Source of the DNA: Bacillota bacterium
GTDB lineage: Bacteria > Sysuimicrobiota > Sysuimicrobiia > Sysuimicrobiales > Segetimicrobiaceae
NCBI GenBank assembly: GCA_021324255.1
Contig: JAJPJL010000128.1
Coordinates: 26,422-90,421 of the forward strand
DNA length: 64,000 nucleotides
Direction of reading: 5' to 3'
Position numbers and translations under genes: made by a program. Numbering within the stretch: the first letter of the stretch is position 1; every line of letters begins with the position of its first letter. The notes under the pieces are model-generated. The model saw only the letters and a list, made by a program, of their open reading frames with translations. It was not told the origin of the DNA and searched no databases. Shown one piece after another: positions 39,595 through 50,092 of this stretch.

Positions 39595-40655
39595 TCAAGT
39601 AGCGCCACGATAATCCTTCGACGGTTGCCGTATGGTGCGCGCTTCCTTGTCGGAGCGCAGTGCTCTCAGCGACGGATGCCGCAGGCCATCGGCGAGACGT
39701 TCCGCGTACTCCACGTCGACGACCAGGGCCGGCCTGACCCAGCGTGGCGGGAGATCTGTGCGGAGCTCGCCCCAGTGGTCGCGGAGCGCCGGGACCGGCG
39801 CGAACGGGCACCTCTCGATCTCGGTGGCCCGCAGGCGATCGAGCAGATCCCGGCGCGTCTCGAGCGACAGACCGCTGCTGACCAGGCCGGCGAAGACGAG
39901 CTTGCCCTTGCGATCGTACTGACCTAGGATCAGCGTGCTGAGCCGACCCGGCGCCGACGATAACCCCCAACGACAAACTCCTCGCGCCGGCGGAACGCGA
40001 TCTTGCGCCAGTCCCGAGTCCGTTTGCCCGGGTGGTACGTGCTCGCGAGCCGCTTGGCGACCACGCCCTCGAGGCCGTGCCGCTGGCATTCCTGGTAGAC
40101 GAACGTGCCGAGCGCGCCAGGGTACGGGTCCGTCACGCGCACGGCGTCGCTTGTGAGCACCGGTTTCAGCGCGACCAGGACGTCCCGCCGTTCCCGGAGG
40201 GACCGCTCCTTGAGATTATGCCCGTTCACGTACACGCAGTCGAACACGACGTACGTCATGTGGCCGGCGCGAGGCTGCCTGCTCGGCCGCAGCCACTGCT
40301 GGAGCATGGCGAAGTCTGGACGCCCCTCGGCGTCGACGGCCACGACCTCGCCGTCCAGGACGACCTGGACGGCGACCGCCATCAGTGACTCCGCGATCGG
40401 TGCAAACAGGCCCGTGAAGTTCTGCAGGGTCCGCGACAATAGCCGGACGTGCGTCCCGTGGACGTAGGAAACGATGCGGATCCCGTCCCACTTGGGCTCG
40501 TACGTCCAGCGCGGGTCGTCGAACGGCTCCTTGCCCGGCTCCGCGAGCATCGGCCGAAATGGTTTCGGGAAGCGCGTCGGCCCCGGCTTGTCGAGCGCCA
40601 CGCGGGCCAGGGCCCGTCGCGTGCTCGCGGTGAGTTTGATGGGCAAGATCGACAT
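39595..40655 (-). pseudogene. ATP-dependent DNA ligase (LigD ligase-domain type) with a frameshift near 39955
   Basis: EPKWDGIR, LDGEVV, VFDC, EGVVAKR, WRKI in one frame; OB domain LILGQY..FAG.VSSG..WVRPALVVDVEY..GLRHPS..LRSDK in another. Confidence 0.85.
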
Positions 40656-40660
40656 GGGCG

Positions 40661-41071
40661 CTACCGGGGACGCGGCCACCGGCGATACTTGTTGGGCAGC
40701 AACTGTCCGATCGGCGCGACCGTCGGCCGGTCCGGATGGGAGCCCGGGACGATGACCAGCGCGTCCGGGGCGTAATCTGAGATCAGCTCTCGACACATAC
40801 CGCACGGCGCGACGACGGCGCCGGCCTGGTTCACCGCCACGATCATTGCGACGTCGGTGTCGCCGGCGGCCGCGGCCATCCCGAGCGCCACGGCTTCGGC
40901 ACAGACTGCAATTCGGCCCACGGTCGCCTCGAGGTGCACGGCGGAGAACACGGCGCCGGCGTTGGTCCGGAGGGCCGCTCCGACATGGTGAAAGCCGGGA
41001 CGATGCCGCAATCGAATGATGGAAGCTGCGGCCTCGAGGAGCGCGCTCGCGTCACGATCCAGGGGTTGCAT
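40661..41071 (-). CDS. Homotetrameric cytidine deaminase family (blasticidin S deaminase-like)
   Basis: HVGAAL, VCAEAVALG, APCGMCRELI. Confidence 0.88.
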   Translation of the reverse strand: MQPLDRDASALLEAAASIIRLRHRPGFHHVGAALRTNAGAVFSAVHLEATVGRIAVCAEAVALGMAAAAGDTDVAMIVAVNQAGAVVAPCGMCRELISDYAPDALVIVPGSHPDRPTVAPIGQLLPNKYRRWPRPR

Positions 41072-41340
41072 GTACCGTTCAGTCTACCGCACCGGCGCCG
41101 GTCGCAGGGAGTGTGCACGTCGAGCCTATCCCCCGAGGATACCCTCGCAGTACCGGGCGACCGCCCGGCGAATGCTCTTCGGCCAAGATACCGGTTGTTA
41201 CCGTCGGACGGCGACGCTTCCCCGGCCGCGCGACGAAAGAGAAAGGCTATGCATTGGTGGAACGTCGATACTCTCCACCGGCGCGAAGAGGAGTCGGATA
41301 AACGAGTACCAAAAACTTTCATCATTGTTATTGACCAAGA

Positions 41341-41715
41341 ATGACGGCTGAGGATACCTCGCTCGCCTTGGCCTTCTCTGGGGCCGGACCAGAAGCGCAC
41401 CACGCGCTCGATCACGCGAAGCGGATTGGCGCGCCGCGGATCCTGATCACAGATGCGATGGAGTCCACACTTGTAAATATGGCCACGGTCACGCTGTTCA
41501 TCACCCGCGGCCAAGCTGCGGCATTTCATTCGCTCCACGTTCCGGTAGTACTGGCCGACGCGTTGGTCCTCGCCATCGCCAACCAACAGGGCACCCGGGC
41601 GTTGCGCGAGCTCAAGCGTCTGCAGGTGCTGCGGCGGTACGGCGCGGCTCATAGTGTCCCAGTCCGCCGCAAAGCCTCGCCCTTGGACGGCGCTTCGTGG
41701 ACGCCGGGGAGGTAG
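41341..41715 (+). pseudogene. C-terminal SIS-domain fragment of an RpiR-like regulator
   Basis: EDTSLALAFSG...AKRIGAPRILITD...FHSLHVP..LADALVLAIA; no HTH or N-terminal SIS half upstream. Confidence 0.6.
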
Positions 41716-41719
41716 CAGC

Positions 41720-42733
41720 ATGAGGAGGAAACCTGACAGGTACGCGTTGATCGCGCTCACGTGCCTTATTGCCGTCGCGGCAACCTCGGACATCCCCGTC
41801 TCACAAGCCGACACGGTATCGGGGACCATCACGTACTACACGGTCAAGCCCACCGAGCTCGTCAACAAAGTGGTCACCGACTTTCAGGCCAAATACCCAG
41901 GCGTCCGGGTCGAAGTGTACCGTGCCGGTTCGGGTGACGTCATCGCGCGCTTCTCGGCGGAGCAGCAGGCGGGCGCGATCAAGGCCGACGTCATAACGCT
42001 CGCGGACCGGCCGTTCGTGCAGACGCTGGCACGGCAGAGTCTCCTGGAACCAGTGCGCTCGCGTTGGCTGTCGTCGATTGATCCGCGCTACGTCTATGAC
42101 GGCGGTCGCGACTTCGAGACGGAGCTGGTCGCGATCGCGATCGGCTACAATACGCGTCTGATCCAGAAGCCTCCGACGCGCCTCAAGGACTTGTTGGACC
42201 CAGCGTATCGCAACAAGATCATCATTCCCGATCCGGGGTACTCGGGTGCGGCGTTCGCCATGCTGGCCACGCTCGTCAACACCAGGGCGTTTGGCTGGGA
42301 CTTCTACCGAGGCCTCAAGCAGGTTGGAACCCTCGTGGGCCAAGGGAATCCGGCTGCGGCCCAAGCCATCGCCTCGGGCGAGCGGCCACTCGCCGCTATC
42401 ACCTACGGCGATGTGCTCTCACTCAAGCAGCGGGGCTCTCCGGTGGATATCGTCTTTCCCAAGGACGGCTTGGTGGTGGTCCCGCAGCCCACCGGCGTGC
42501 TGCGTACGAGCCATAACCTTGCGGCTGCCGAGGCGTTCGCAGACTTCTGTTTGTCCCCAGAAGGCCTCGCGGACTCGGCGGCGTTCGGCTACGCAACGGT
42601 GAACCCGCAGATTCGTCCCCAGGGACTGCCGTCGTTCGCGGGCATCCCTGTGCTGTCTGCAGATTGGAAGACCGCCTCCGCCCAGCACGCAAAGTTCCTG
42701 AGTCAGTTTCGCGCGATCTTCGGCCTTCACTGA
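41720..42733 (+). CDS. ABC substrate-binding protein, AfuA/FbpA-like
   Basis: Signal peptide; FQAKYPGVRVE..RAGSG, ADV, IGYNT, DLLDPAY..DP.YSG, FPKDG. Confidence 0.88.
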   Translation: MRRKPDRYALIALTCLIAVAATSDIPVSQADTVSGTITYYTVKPTELVNKVVTDFQAKYPGVRVEVYRAGSGDVIARFSAEQQAGAIKADVITLADRPFVQTLARQSLLEPVRSRWLSSIDPRYVYDGGRDFETELVAIAIGYNTRLIQKPPTRLKDLLDPAYRNKIIIPDPGYSGAAFAMLATLVNTRAFGWDFYRGLKQVGTLVGQGNPAAAQAIASGERPLAAITYGDVLSLKQRGSPVDIVFPKDGLVVVPQPTGVLRTSHNLAAAEAFADFCLSPEGLADSAAFGYATVNPQIRPQGLPSFAGIPVLSADWKTASAQHAKFLSQFRAIFGLH

Positions 42734-42745
42734 CGCGGGCCGGCC

Positions 42746-44458
42746 GTGACCGCCGGAGGACGTGCCGCCCAAGCCACAAACGCGCGCGCGAGGTTGCTGC
42801 GGGCGGCAAGTTGGGGGTTGTTGGCCGGCCCGCTCGTCGTCGTGGTCGCCTACCCCCTGGGGCAGCTTCTCGTGGCCAGCGCGCTGGTTGACCGCCGGAT
42901 CTCGGGAACTGTCTACACGCGGGTGCTCGCGGAGCCCGACTACTGGAGGGCCTTCGGCCACTCCCTGGCCGTCAGCACCGCCGCGACGGTCGTCGCCGGT
43001 CTGATCGGCGGGGCGTTGGCGTGGGTCGTCGCTCGAACGGATATTCCGGGGTGGGTCGCGCTCAGGCGCTGGCTCGTCATTCCATACATGATCCCACCGT
43101 TCGTCGCCGCCTTCGCGTGGCACGGTCTGCTCGGCCCGGCCGGGTATCTCAATCAGGCGTACCTGACGCTTTCCCACGCCGGCCCCGTGTTCACCATCTA
43201 CGGCGCGGCGGGGATTGTCTTCGTGCTGGCGATGACGACCTATCCGCTGTTCTTGATCCTCGTTGCCCGCGCGCTCGATCAGATGAACGCCGAACTGGAG
43301 GAAGCCGCTGAGATCAGCGGCGCGTCGCCGGGTCGCGTCATGCGCGATATCACACTACGGCTCGTCGCCCCCGCGTTCGCGAGCGCGGCGATGTTGGCGT
43401 TCAGCGGGGATCTGTCCAATTTCGGGGTGCCCGCCCTCCTCGGTGATCCGGTTGGATTTCGCGTGATGACCACGGCGATCTACGCGACGGTCCAGGACGT
43501 CACGGTCCCGAATCATCTGTCGGTGGCCGCGGCGTTGTCCGTATGGCTCGCCTTGGCCGCCTTGGCTGTGGCGCTATTCCAACTCTGGACGCACGCTCAG
43601 GGCCGGCACGTCATCATCGGCGGCAGAGGAGGACGAACGCGACCGGTGCGGCTTGGCCGGTGGTCCGCGCCGGTCACCGCGGGCGCATGGATGCTCGGCC
43701 TTGTGACCACCGGCGGTCCCCTCGCTTCGCTGGCAATGCTCGCCCTCACTCGCGCCTACGGCCTGCCGCCGGCCTGGGGCAATTTGACGTGGCAGCACTT
43801 TCTGGAGTTGCCATCCGATCCGCTGGTCCGAACTGCCGTGACAAATTCGGCGATCCTAACCGTCGCCGCGGCTACGACGACGGCCGCGATCGGGTTCGTC
43901 ATCTCGTACCTCCGCGTGCGGTCGCACAGTCGCTTCGCGGCGGTGCTGGACTATGTAAGCGGCATTCCGTACGTCATTCCGGGCACGGTGATCGCGATCG
44001 CCATGATTCTCGCGTGGATCCAGCCGCTGCCGGTGCTTCGCGTGTCGATCTACAACACGCTCTGGATCCTGTGGCTCGCGTACTGTGCCCGCTATCTCGC
44101 TGTGCCGATCCGCGGGCTCAACAGCGCGCTCAGGCAGTACGACGGCGCCCTTGAAGAGGCCGCGGCCGGCGCCGGCGCGACCCCGCTCCGGATCGTCCGC
44201 GACGTGGCGGCGCCACTCGTGTGGGGCAGCCTGCTCAGCAGCTGGCTGCTCGTCGCGGTGCCGGCCCTGAACGAGCTTACCGTGTCCATCCTCCTGTACG
44301 GTCCCGGACACGAGACGGTTGGCGTGGCCGCCTTCCTCATGATCCGAGACGGACGCATCGCGACCGCCGCGGCATTTGGGCTGCTGATGATCCTCGTGGT
44401 CGTGCTGGGCGACGCGGTGGCGCGGCGCGTGTCCCGAGGCCGGGCGGCGCTCTGGTGA
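42746..44458 (+). CDS. ABC permease, FbpB/AfuB-like (duplicated TMD)
   Basis: Two EAA loops (LEEAAEISGAS, LEEAAAGAGAT). Confidence 0.9.
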   Translation: MTAGGRAAQATNARARLLRAASWGLLAGPLVVVVAYPLGQLLVASALVDRRISGTVYTRVLAEPDYWRAFGHSLAVSTAATVVAGLIGGALAWVVARTDIPGWVALRRWLVIPYMIPPFVAAFAWHGLLGPAGYLNQAYLTLSHAGPVFTIYGAAGIVFVLAMTTYPLFLILVARALDQMNAELEEAAEISGASPGRVMRDITLRLVAPAFASAAMLAFSGDLSNFGVPALLGDPVGFRVMTTAIYATVQDVTVPNHLSVAAALSVWLALAALAVALFQLWTHAQGRHVIIGGRGGRTRPVRLGRWSAPVTAGAWMLGLVTTGGPLASLAMLALTRAYGLPPAWGNLTWQHFLELPSDPLVRTAVTNSAILTVAAATTTAAIGFVISYLRVRSHSRFAAVLDYVSGIPYVIPGTVIAIAMILAWIQPLPVLRVSIYNTLWILWLAYCARYLAVPIRGLNSALRQYDGALEEAAAGAGATPLRIVRDVAAPLVWGSLLSSWLLVAVPALNELTVSILLYGPGHETVGVAAFLMIRDGRIATAAAFGLLMILVVVLGDAVARRVSRGRAALW

Positions 44459-45219
44459 TCCCCGGCCGCTCGCCGGCGATCGACGCCGTCCTATTTGATA
44501 TCGGGGGTACTCTCGTCGATGTCCGAATCGACGATGCAACGCGACGGGCAGCCGCCGAGAAAGTCACGGCGGCGCTCGACCAGCTCGGCCTCGGCCAGCC
44601 CGGGGACGGCATCGCGGCACGCCTCGCCCGAGGGCTGCGCGAGTTCAATCGGGCGCGCGAGGAGTCCATGCGCGAGGGTACGCCCCGGACGCTGTGGCTC
44701 GATTTTATCTGGCCGGAGGCCGCGGGGACCCCCGCCGGCGAGGTCTTGGCGGCCGCGTCGGAGGACCTGACGTATCTCATCGAGCGTTACGGGAAGGACA
44801 AGACGCTGGTTCCGGAGGCGCACGCGGTGCTTGCGGACCTGCGCGCAGCGGGGTACCGTCTCGGGTGCGTCAGCAACGACATCAGCACGCGCGAAACACG
44901 CGAGCTCCTGAGCCGATACACCCTAACCGACTGGTTTCAGGTCGTGGTCTTGTCGTCTGAGCATGGGGTGCGGAAGCCCGACCCTGCGATTTTCCGCGCC
45001 GCGCTCTCGGCCCTTCAGGTGGCGGCCGCCCGCACGGTCCACGTCGGGGATACCCTCTCGCGCGACGTGTTGGGCGCGTACCGAACGGGGCTCCTCGGAT
45101 CCATCTTGATCCGATCGTCGCTCACCGAGCGCGCGGATCGCGGGGTCAGCGACGTGCAGCCGACCTTCGCCGCGTCCCGGCTCGCGGACGTGCCCGCGCT
45201 CGTCCGAGCGTGGAGGTAA
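44455..45219 (+). CDS. HAD-superfamily hydrolase (subfamily IA)
   Basis: FDIGGTL, CVSN, RKPDPAIF, HVGDTLSRDV; GTGA overlap. Confidence 0.9.
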   Translation: MIPGRSPAIDAVLFDIGGTLVDVRIDDATRRAAAEKVTAALDQLGLGQPGDGIAARLARGLREFNRAREESMREGTPRTLWLDFIWPEAAGTPAGEVLAAASEDLTYLIERYGKDKTLVPEAHAVLADLRAAGYRLGCVSNDISTRETRELLSRYTLTDWFQVVVLSSEHGVRKPDPAIFRAALSALQVAAARTVHVGDTLSRDVLGAYRTGLLGSILIRSSLTERADRGVSDVQPTFAASRLADVPALVRAWR

Positions 45220-45225
45220 GTCGCG

Positions 45226-46329
45226 GTGCCAGCGATCGAACTCCATGGAGTGGAAAAGCGCTTCGGGCCGGTGACCGCCGTCGGCGGTGTCACGCTGCGC
45301 GTTGCCGACAGCGAATTCGTGTCGATCCTGGGCCCGTCCGGATGCGGGAAGACGACTCTGCTCCGGCTGGTCGCCGGCTTTGAATCGCCGACGGCCGGGA
45401 CTATTCGTGTTGGCGACCGGCTCGTCAACGACGTCCGCGCCGGCGTATTCGTTCCGCCGCGCGAGCGGCGAATGGGCATGGTGTTCCAATCATATGCGCT
45501 GTGGCCGCACATGACGGTCTTCGAGAACGTGGCGTACCCTCTGCGCATGAAGCGGGTGTCCGCGCCTGAGCGCCACCGCAGCGTGACGGATGTGCTCCAG
45601 ACCCTCGGGCTCGGCCACATGGCGGCCCGGCATCCGGCTGAGCTCTCGGGGGGCGAGCAACAGCGCGTGGCGCTCGCGCGGGCCCTGGTCAGCAATCCCG
45701 ACATCCTGCTGCTCGATGAGCCCCTGTCCAACCTTGATGCGGCGCTGCGAGAGGCGATGCGCTTCGAGATCCGCGAGCTTCAGCGGCGCTTTGGGAGCAC
45801 GGTACTCTACGTGACGCACGACCAAGCCGAGGCATTGGCCATGTCCGACCGCGTGGCCGTGATGCGCGCCGGGGAACTCGTGCAGGTCGGATCGCCGACG
45901 GAGATCTACGACCACCCGGTCAACCGGTTCGTTGCCTCATTCGTCGGTCTGGTCAATTTTCTTCCGGTGCTGCTGGTGGACGAGACCCGTCTTGAGCCCG
46001 ACTGGACCGGCCGGATCCGGCTCCGGGGCCTGCCGGCGGAGCACGCCCCCATCGAGTGTACCCTCCCCCGCCGGCCCGACCGCCCCGAGTTCGTGCTCGT
46101 CGTGCGACCGGAGCACGTCCGGATCGAGCCGGGGGCGCAGGGATGGCCGGGTTCGGTGATCCGCACCGCGTACGGGGGGGAACGAGAAGACGTCTGGGTC
46201 CGGATAGGACCTCACGAAATCCGGGTCCGCAGGGACGCTCGGGACCATCGCATTCGGGCGGGCGACACCGTCGGTGTACGGGTGGCGCACGGATGGTTCC
46301 TCCCCCCGGAGACCCACCGCGCGCGCTGA
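45226..46329 (+). CDS. ABC ATP-binding protein (FbpC/PotA-like, TOBE domain)
   Basis: GPSGCGKT, VFQSYALWPHM, LSGGEQQR, LLDEP. Confidence 0.93.
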   Translation: MPAIELHGVEKRFGPVTAVGGVTLRVADSEFVSILGPSGCGKTTLLRLVAGFESPTAGTIRVGDRLVNDVRAGVFVPPRERRMGMVFQSYALWPHMTVFENVAYPLRMKRVSAPERHRSVTDVLQTLGLGHMAARHPAELSGGEQQRVALARALVSNPDILLLDEPLSNLDAALREAMRFEIRELQRRFGSTVLYVTHDQAEALAMSDRVAVMRAGELVQVGSPTEIYDHPVNRFVASFVGLVNFLPVLLVDETRLEPDWTGRIRLRGLPAEHAPIECTLPRRPDRPEFVLVVRPEHVRIEPGAQGWPGSVIRTAYGGEREDVWVRIGPHEIRVRRDARDHRIRAGDTVGVRVAHGWFLPPETHRAR

Positions 46330-47486
46330 TGCGGCATTCGCGGCCGGCGATGGATGCGCGCGCCGCGCAGGTGGCCCTCGTCTCCGAGCCGGTGCGTCGA
46401 GCCTGCCGGATCATCGCTCGTGCGGTGCGCAGTCTGCGTGATCCACGCGTCCGCGAACACGTGCGGGACCTCCTCAGATATCCGCACCCCACCGCGCTCT
46501 CTCGATCGTGGGCCGCTTCTCAGGTCCGGTCGCGCTGGCGGCGATTGGTCGCAGCCGGGCTCTGTGTGCCGGCAGCGCGTACGGAAACGGACTTCCTCGC
46601 GCTCTACCAACCTCGCGCGATGCCGCCGGAGGCCGACGTTGCGTACTCGACCGGCGGGGTCGCCTTTGGACCCGAGTTGCTCGCTGCCCCGGGGGCGCAC
46701 GCGTCCCACCACGTGTACCCGGGTGGGCTCGTTTTACACACGGCGCTGAATCTCCAAGCGGCCCTCGCAATTCGCGCAGCGATCGGAGCAGCCGGCGCTG
46801 CCACCGTGGCCTTGGACGACATTATCGCAGCCCAAGTGCTGCACGACGTGATGAAGGCCCACCTCCTGCGCTGGCGGCCGGACGGCCATCCTTCAACAGA
46901 GCCCCGGGTGGCAACTACGTGGCTGCACCATATCCTCATCCTGGCCGAAGGACTCCTGCGGCGGTTTCCGGCCCGCGCGCTCTTGGCCATCGCGAGCGTC
47001 CACGCAGACCCATCCGTCGATCCACGCAAGGTCGCCGGGTTTCTCCACGCAGCGGCGTTGGTGGCGGGGCTGGATCCGGGATCGACGCAACTTCTTCGAG
47101 CGATCGGGGCCTCCGGCGCCGCGCGCGGCCCGGGCACCTGGGTCCTCGCCCTTCGCCCTTCAACCACGGACTGGATCGCTCGCGCCGCGGAGGAGGTATG
47201 GCGGACGCCCTCGATCGCGACGCTCAGGCAAGTCCGACGCGCCCTCCGCGCAGCGGCGCGACAGGGAGATCTGGGACCGGACTGGCCATCTCCGGGAACG
47301 TCAGCCGAACGGTGGGCGCAGAACTTCGTGCTCACCATGAGAACGGAGTTCACGCTTGCGGCAGCCTTGCCCGGGACGCGAGGCAAATTCGCCGAGCACG
47401 TTCGCGGAGCGACCGAGGACCTCCAGGCTCAACGCCTGTGGCCCCGTCAGCGCTCCTCGGATCTACGACCGCGTACTTCGCGCTAG
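46329..47486 (+). CDS. Uncharacterised HD-like metal-dependent phosphohydrolase
   Basis: SHHVYPGGLVLHT, LHDVMK, HHILILAE, ASVH; TGATG overlap with the ATPase. Confidence 0.65.
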   Translation: MRHSRPAMDARAAQVALVSEPVRRACRIIARAVRSLRDPRVREHVRDLLRYPHPTALSRSWAASQVRSRWRRLVAAGLCVPAARTETDFLALYQPRAMPPEADVAYSTGGVAFGPELLAAPGAHASHHVYPGGLVLHTALNLQAALAIRAAIGAAGAATVALDDIIAAQVLHDVMKAHLLRWRPDGHPSTEPRVATTWLHHILILAEGLLRRFPARALLAIASVHADPSVDPRKVAGFLHAAALVAGLDPGSTQLLRAIGASGAARGPGTWVLALRPSTTDWIARAAEEVWRTPSIATLRQVRRALRAAARQGDLGPDWPSPGTSAERWAQNFVLTMRTEFTLAAALPGTRGKFAEHVRGATEDLQAQRLWPRQRSSDLRPRTSR

Positions 47487-47705
47487 GTCGTGCGTGCTCT
47501 CTCGAGACGTGCAGGCTATGTCCGCCGTTCCACTTCGGCTTCGGTGGCAGGGATTGGCCTCGGGCATGTGTAAACCCTTGACACGTTATCGATGCCATTC
47601 CGACAAAAATTCACCTCTACGACCGCGTTGCCGGCGCAAAGAACATCGGGAGCCTTGACCGGCAGGCCGGATCCGCCGAATCGCCTTCTTTGGGGGGTGA
47701 ACTGA

Positions 47706-49103
47706 ATGGCCACACCGCCGGGTGGTTCGACATGGCGGAGCGCTGCGGCGATTGCGCTCGCGACTGTGATCGCGCTCACGTCCCTAACGCTGGGAATATC
47801 TCAGACGTCTGTGGCGGCGCCGCCCGTGCACCTCACCGCCTGGACCATCGGACCAGACGAACCATCGTATTACCGGAAGGACAATCTGGTGACCGCGGTC
47901 GATGAGCTGAACAAGCAACTCGCCGCGCAAGGAGGCAGCGAGCAGGTCGCGCTCGAGGCCACGTTCGTCACCGGCGGCGGCGAGGCGTGGGGGGCCTATA
48001 AGCAGCGGTTCGTGCTCGCGGCGCAGTCGGGCAAGGCGCCGGACATCGTGGCGACCGGCGAGGAGGACATCGCCGCGTGGGCGGCCGCCGGCTACGTCGC
48101 GCCCCTCGATGCGTACGTCAAGAAGTATGCGCAGTTCGCCGACGTCATTTCGACGCTCTGGAACGCGACGAAGTACGACGGCAGGATCTACGCGATCCCC
48201 CAGGACGTCGAGGCCCGGCCGCTCTACTTCAACATGCCGCTGCTCGAGAAACTGGGCTGGAGCCGGGAGAAGGCGGCGGGCCTGCCCAAGGCGATCGAGG
48301 CGGGACAGTTCACTCTGACCGACCTGCTAAAGACCGCTAAGGACGCGCAGGACAAGAACCTGGTCGCGGCCGGGCACGGCTGGTGGATCCGGCCGATCAA
48401 CGGGCCGGACTACTACATGTACTACGAGGCGTTCGGTGGCCGGATGTCGGATGCGAGTGGGAAGCTCCTGCTCGACACGAAGGCCCTGCGGAACGAGTAC
48501 ACGTTCTTCCACGATGCCGTCGACACGTACAAGGTGACGCCCAAGGATATCATCGGGACCGATTGGAACAGCTGGCACCAAGTCGTCGTTGACCGGCAGG
48601 TCCTCTTCACACAGTGCGGGACGTGGTGCTGGGCGCAGTGGCTCAAGCAGTATAAGATGCCGGCCGATGTGCTGCAGGCGACGTACGGGTTCGCGCTCGT
48701 ACCGCCGGGCGAACGGGGAGGACGGCCCATCACGCTCAGCCACCCGATCGTCTACATGATCAGCAAGGACTCACAGCACGCCGATCTCGCGGCGCGCATC
48801 CTTGCGCTGGCCACGACGCCTGCGCTCAACGCGCGGCACGCCGTTGCCAGCGGTCACCTGGCCATCCTGCAGGATGAGGCGAAGGTCCCGCAGTACGCGC
48901 AGGACCGCTTCGCCGCGGCCACCACCTACATGCTGAAGTACACGACGTTCCTGCCCAACAACAAGGACTTCGGCACCTACGACCAGGCGATGTGGCTCGG
49001 CCTGTCCGCCGTCATCGCCGGGCAGATGTCGCCCGACCAGGCCGTGCAGACGGTAACCCAGCAGATGCGCACCAACCTGGGCGACAACGTTGTGATCCGG
49101 TAG
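47706..49103 (+). CDS. Carbohydrate ABC substrate-binding protein
   Basis: Signal peptide; SGKAPDI, YDGRIYAIPQD, LYFN. Confidence 0.9.
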   Translation: MATPPGGSTWRSAAAIALATVIALTSLTLGISQTSVAAPPVHLTAWTIGPDEPSYYRKDNLVTAVDELNKQLAAQGGSEQVALEATFVTGGGEAWGAYKQRFVLAAQSGKAPDIVATGEEDIAAWAAAGYVAPLDAYVKKYAQFADVISTLWNATKYDGRIYAIPQDVEARPLYFNMPLLEKLGWSREKAAGLPKAIEAGQFTLTDLLKTAKDAQDKNLVAAGHGWWIRPINGPDYYMYYEAFGGRMSDASGKLLLDTKALRNEYTFFHDAVDTYKVTPKDIIGTDWNSWHQVVVDRQVLFTQCGTWCWAQWLKQYKMPADVLQATYGFALVPPGERGGRPITLSHPIVYMISKDSQHADLAARILALATTPALNARHAVASGHLAILQDEAKVPQYAQDRFAAATTYMLKYTTFLPNNKDFGTYDQAMWLGLSAVIAGQMSPDQAVQTVTQQMRTNLGDNVVIR

Positions 49104-49110
49104 GCGCTTC

Positions 49111-50079
49111 GTGGGAGCCCTCGAGGCGGCGCCGGCGCCGCGGCGGCGGGGCGCGGTTCGCGACGTGCTCCGCGGGGCGGCGTCTCCCGTGTTGTTCCTC
49201 GGGCCGGCCGTCCTCTTGATCGCCGCGCTGTTCCTCGCCCCGGCGGTCGTCACCGTCGTCATCAGCCTGACCAACCTCAGTGTGGCGACCGGCCTGACGC
49301 ACTACCGCTGGATCGGGGTCGCCAACTACGGACAGATCGCCCACAGCCCATGGCTGGTGCTGGTGCTTCGCAACACGGTGCTGTACGTGGCGGCTACGCT
49401 CGTGCTGTTCAACGTCGGGTTCGCGCTGGTGCTCGCGATCCTGACCGCGCATCTGTCGGAACGCGCGGCGGGAGTGTTCCGGGTCCTCTGGATGCTGCCG
49501 AGGATCACCCCGTCGGTGATCCTCGCCTTGATGTGGCGGTGGTTCGCTGCCGAACCTCCCTACGGGACGGTGAGCCAGGTCCTGGGGTTGGTCGGGATCC
49601 CGGGGCACAACTGGATGAACGCGCACCCGTGGGCGTTCGTCGTGGCGCTGAACGGCTTCGTCGGTGCGTCGTTCGGGATGATCATCTTCTCGTCCGCGAT
49701 CGCCGGGATCCCGCGCGACCAGTATCTGGCGGCGCAGGTAGACGGTGCGTCGGCGTGGCAGCAGGTCTGGCGCATCACCCTGCCGCGGCTCCGGTGGCCG
49801 ATTCTGTTCGTCACCGCGTACCAGACGCTGTCGCTGCTGACGTCGTTCGAGTACATCCTGCTGACGACCAACGGCGGGCCGGGTTTCTACACGACCGAGG
49901 TGTGGTCGCTCTACGCGTTCCACCTCGCGCTGTCCAACTACTTCGGCAACACCCAGTTTGGTCTGGGCGCGGCGCTGGCCGCGGTGCTCGTTGTGCTGGG
50001 GCTCGGCGCGTCGCTCGTTTACCTGCGCGTGTTCCGGTTCGGCGAACTCGTTGCCGCGCCGCGGATCGAGGTCAACTGA
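49111..50079 (+). CDS. Carbohydrate ABC permease (MalF-like)
   Basis: WIGVANY, AAQVDGAS..WRITLP, TNGGPG. Confidence 0.92.
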   Translation: MGALEAAPAPRRRGAVRDVLRGAASPVLFLGPAVLLIAALFLAPAVVTVVISLTNLSVATGLTHYRWIGVANYGQIAHSPWLVLVLRNTVLYVAATLVLFNVGFALVLAILTAHLSERAAGVFRVLWMLPRITPSVILALMWRWFAAEPPYGTVSQVLGLVGIPGHNWMNAHPWAFVVALNGFVGASFGMIIFSSAIAGIPRDQYLAAQVDGASAWQQVWRITLPRLRWPILFVTAYQTLSLLTSFEYILLTTNGGPGFYTTEVWSLYAFHLALSNYFGNTQFGLGAALAAVLVVLGLGASLVYLRVFRFGELVAAPRIEVN

Positions 50080-50092
50080 TGGGGCGGCCGCG

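Noticed and set aside
47578..47612. TTGACA upstream of the sugar ABC operon
   Set aside because: No convincing -10 hexamer at 16-18 nt spacing
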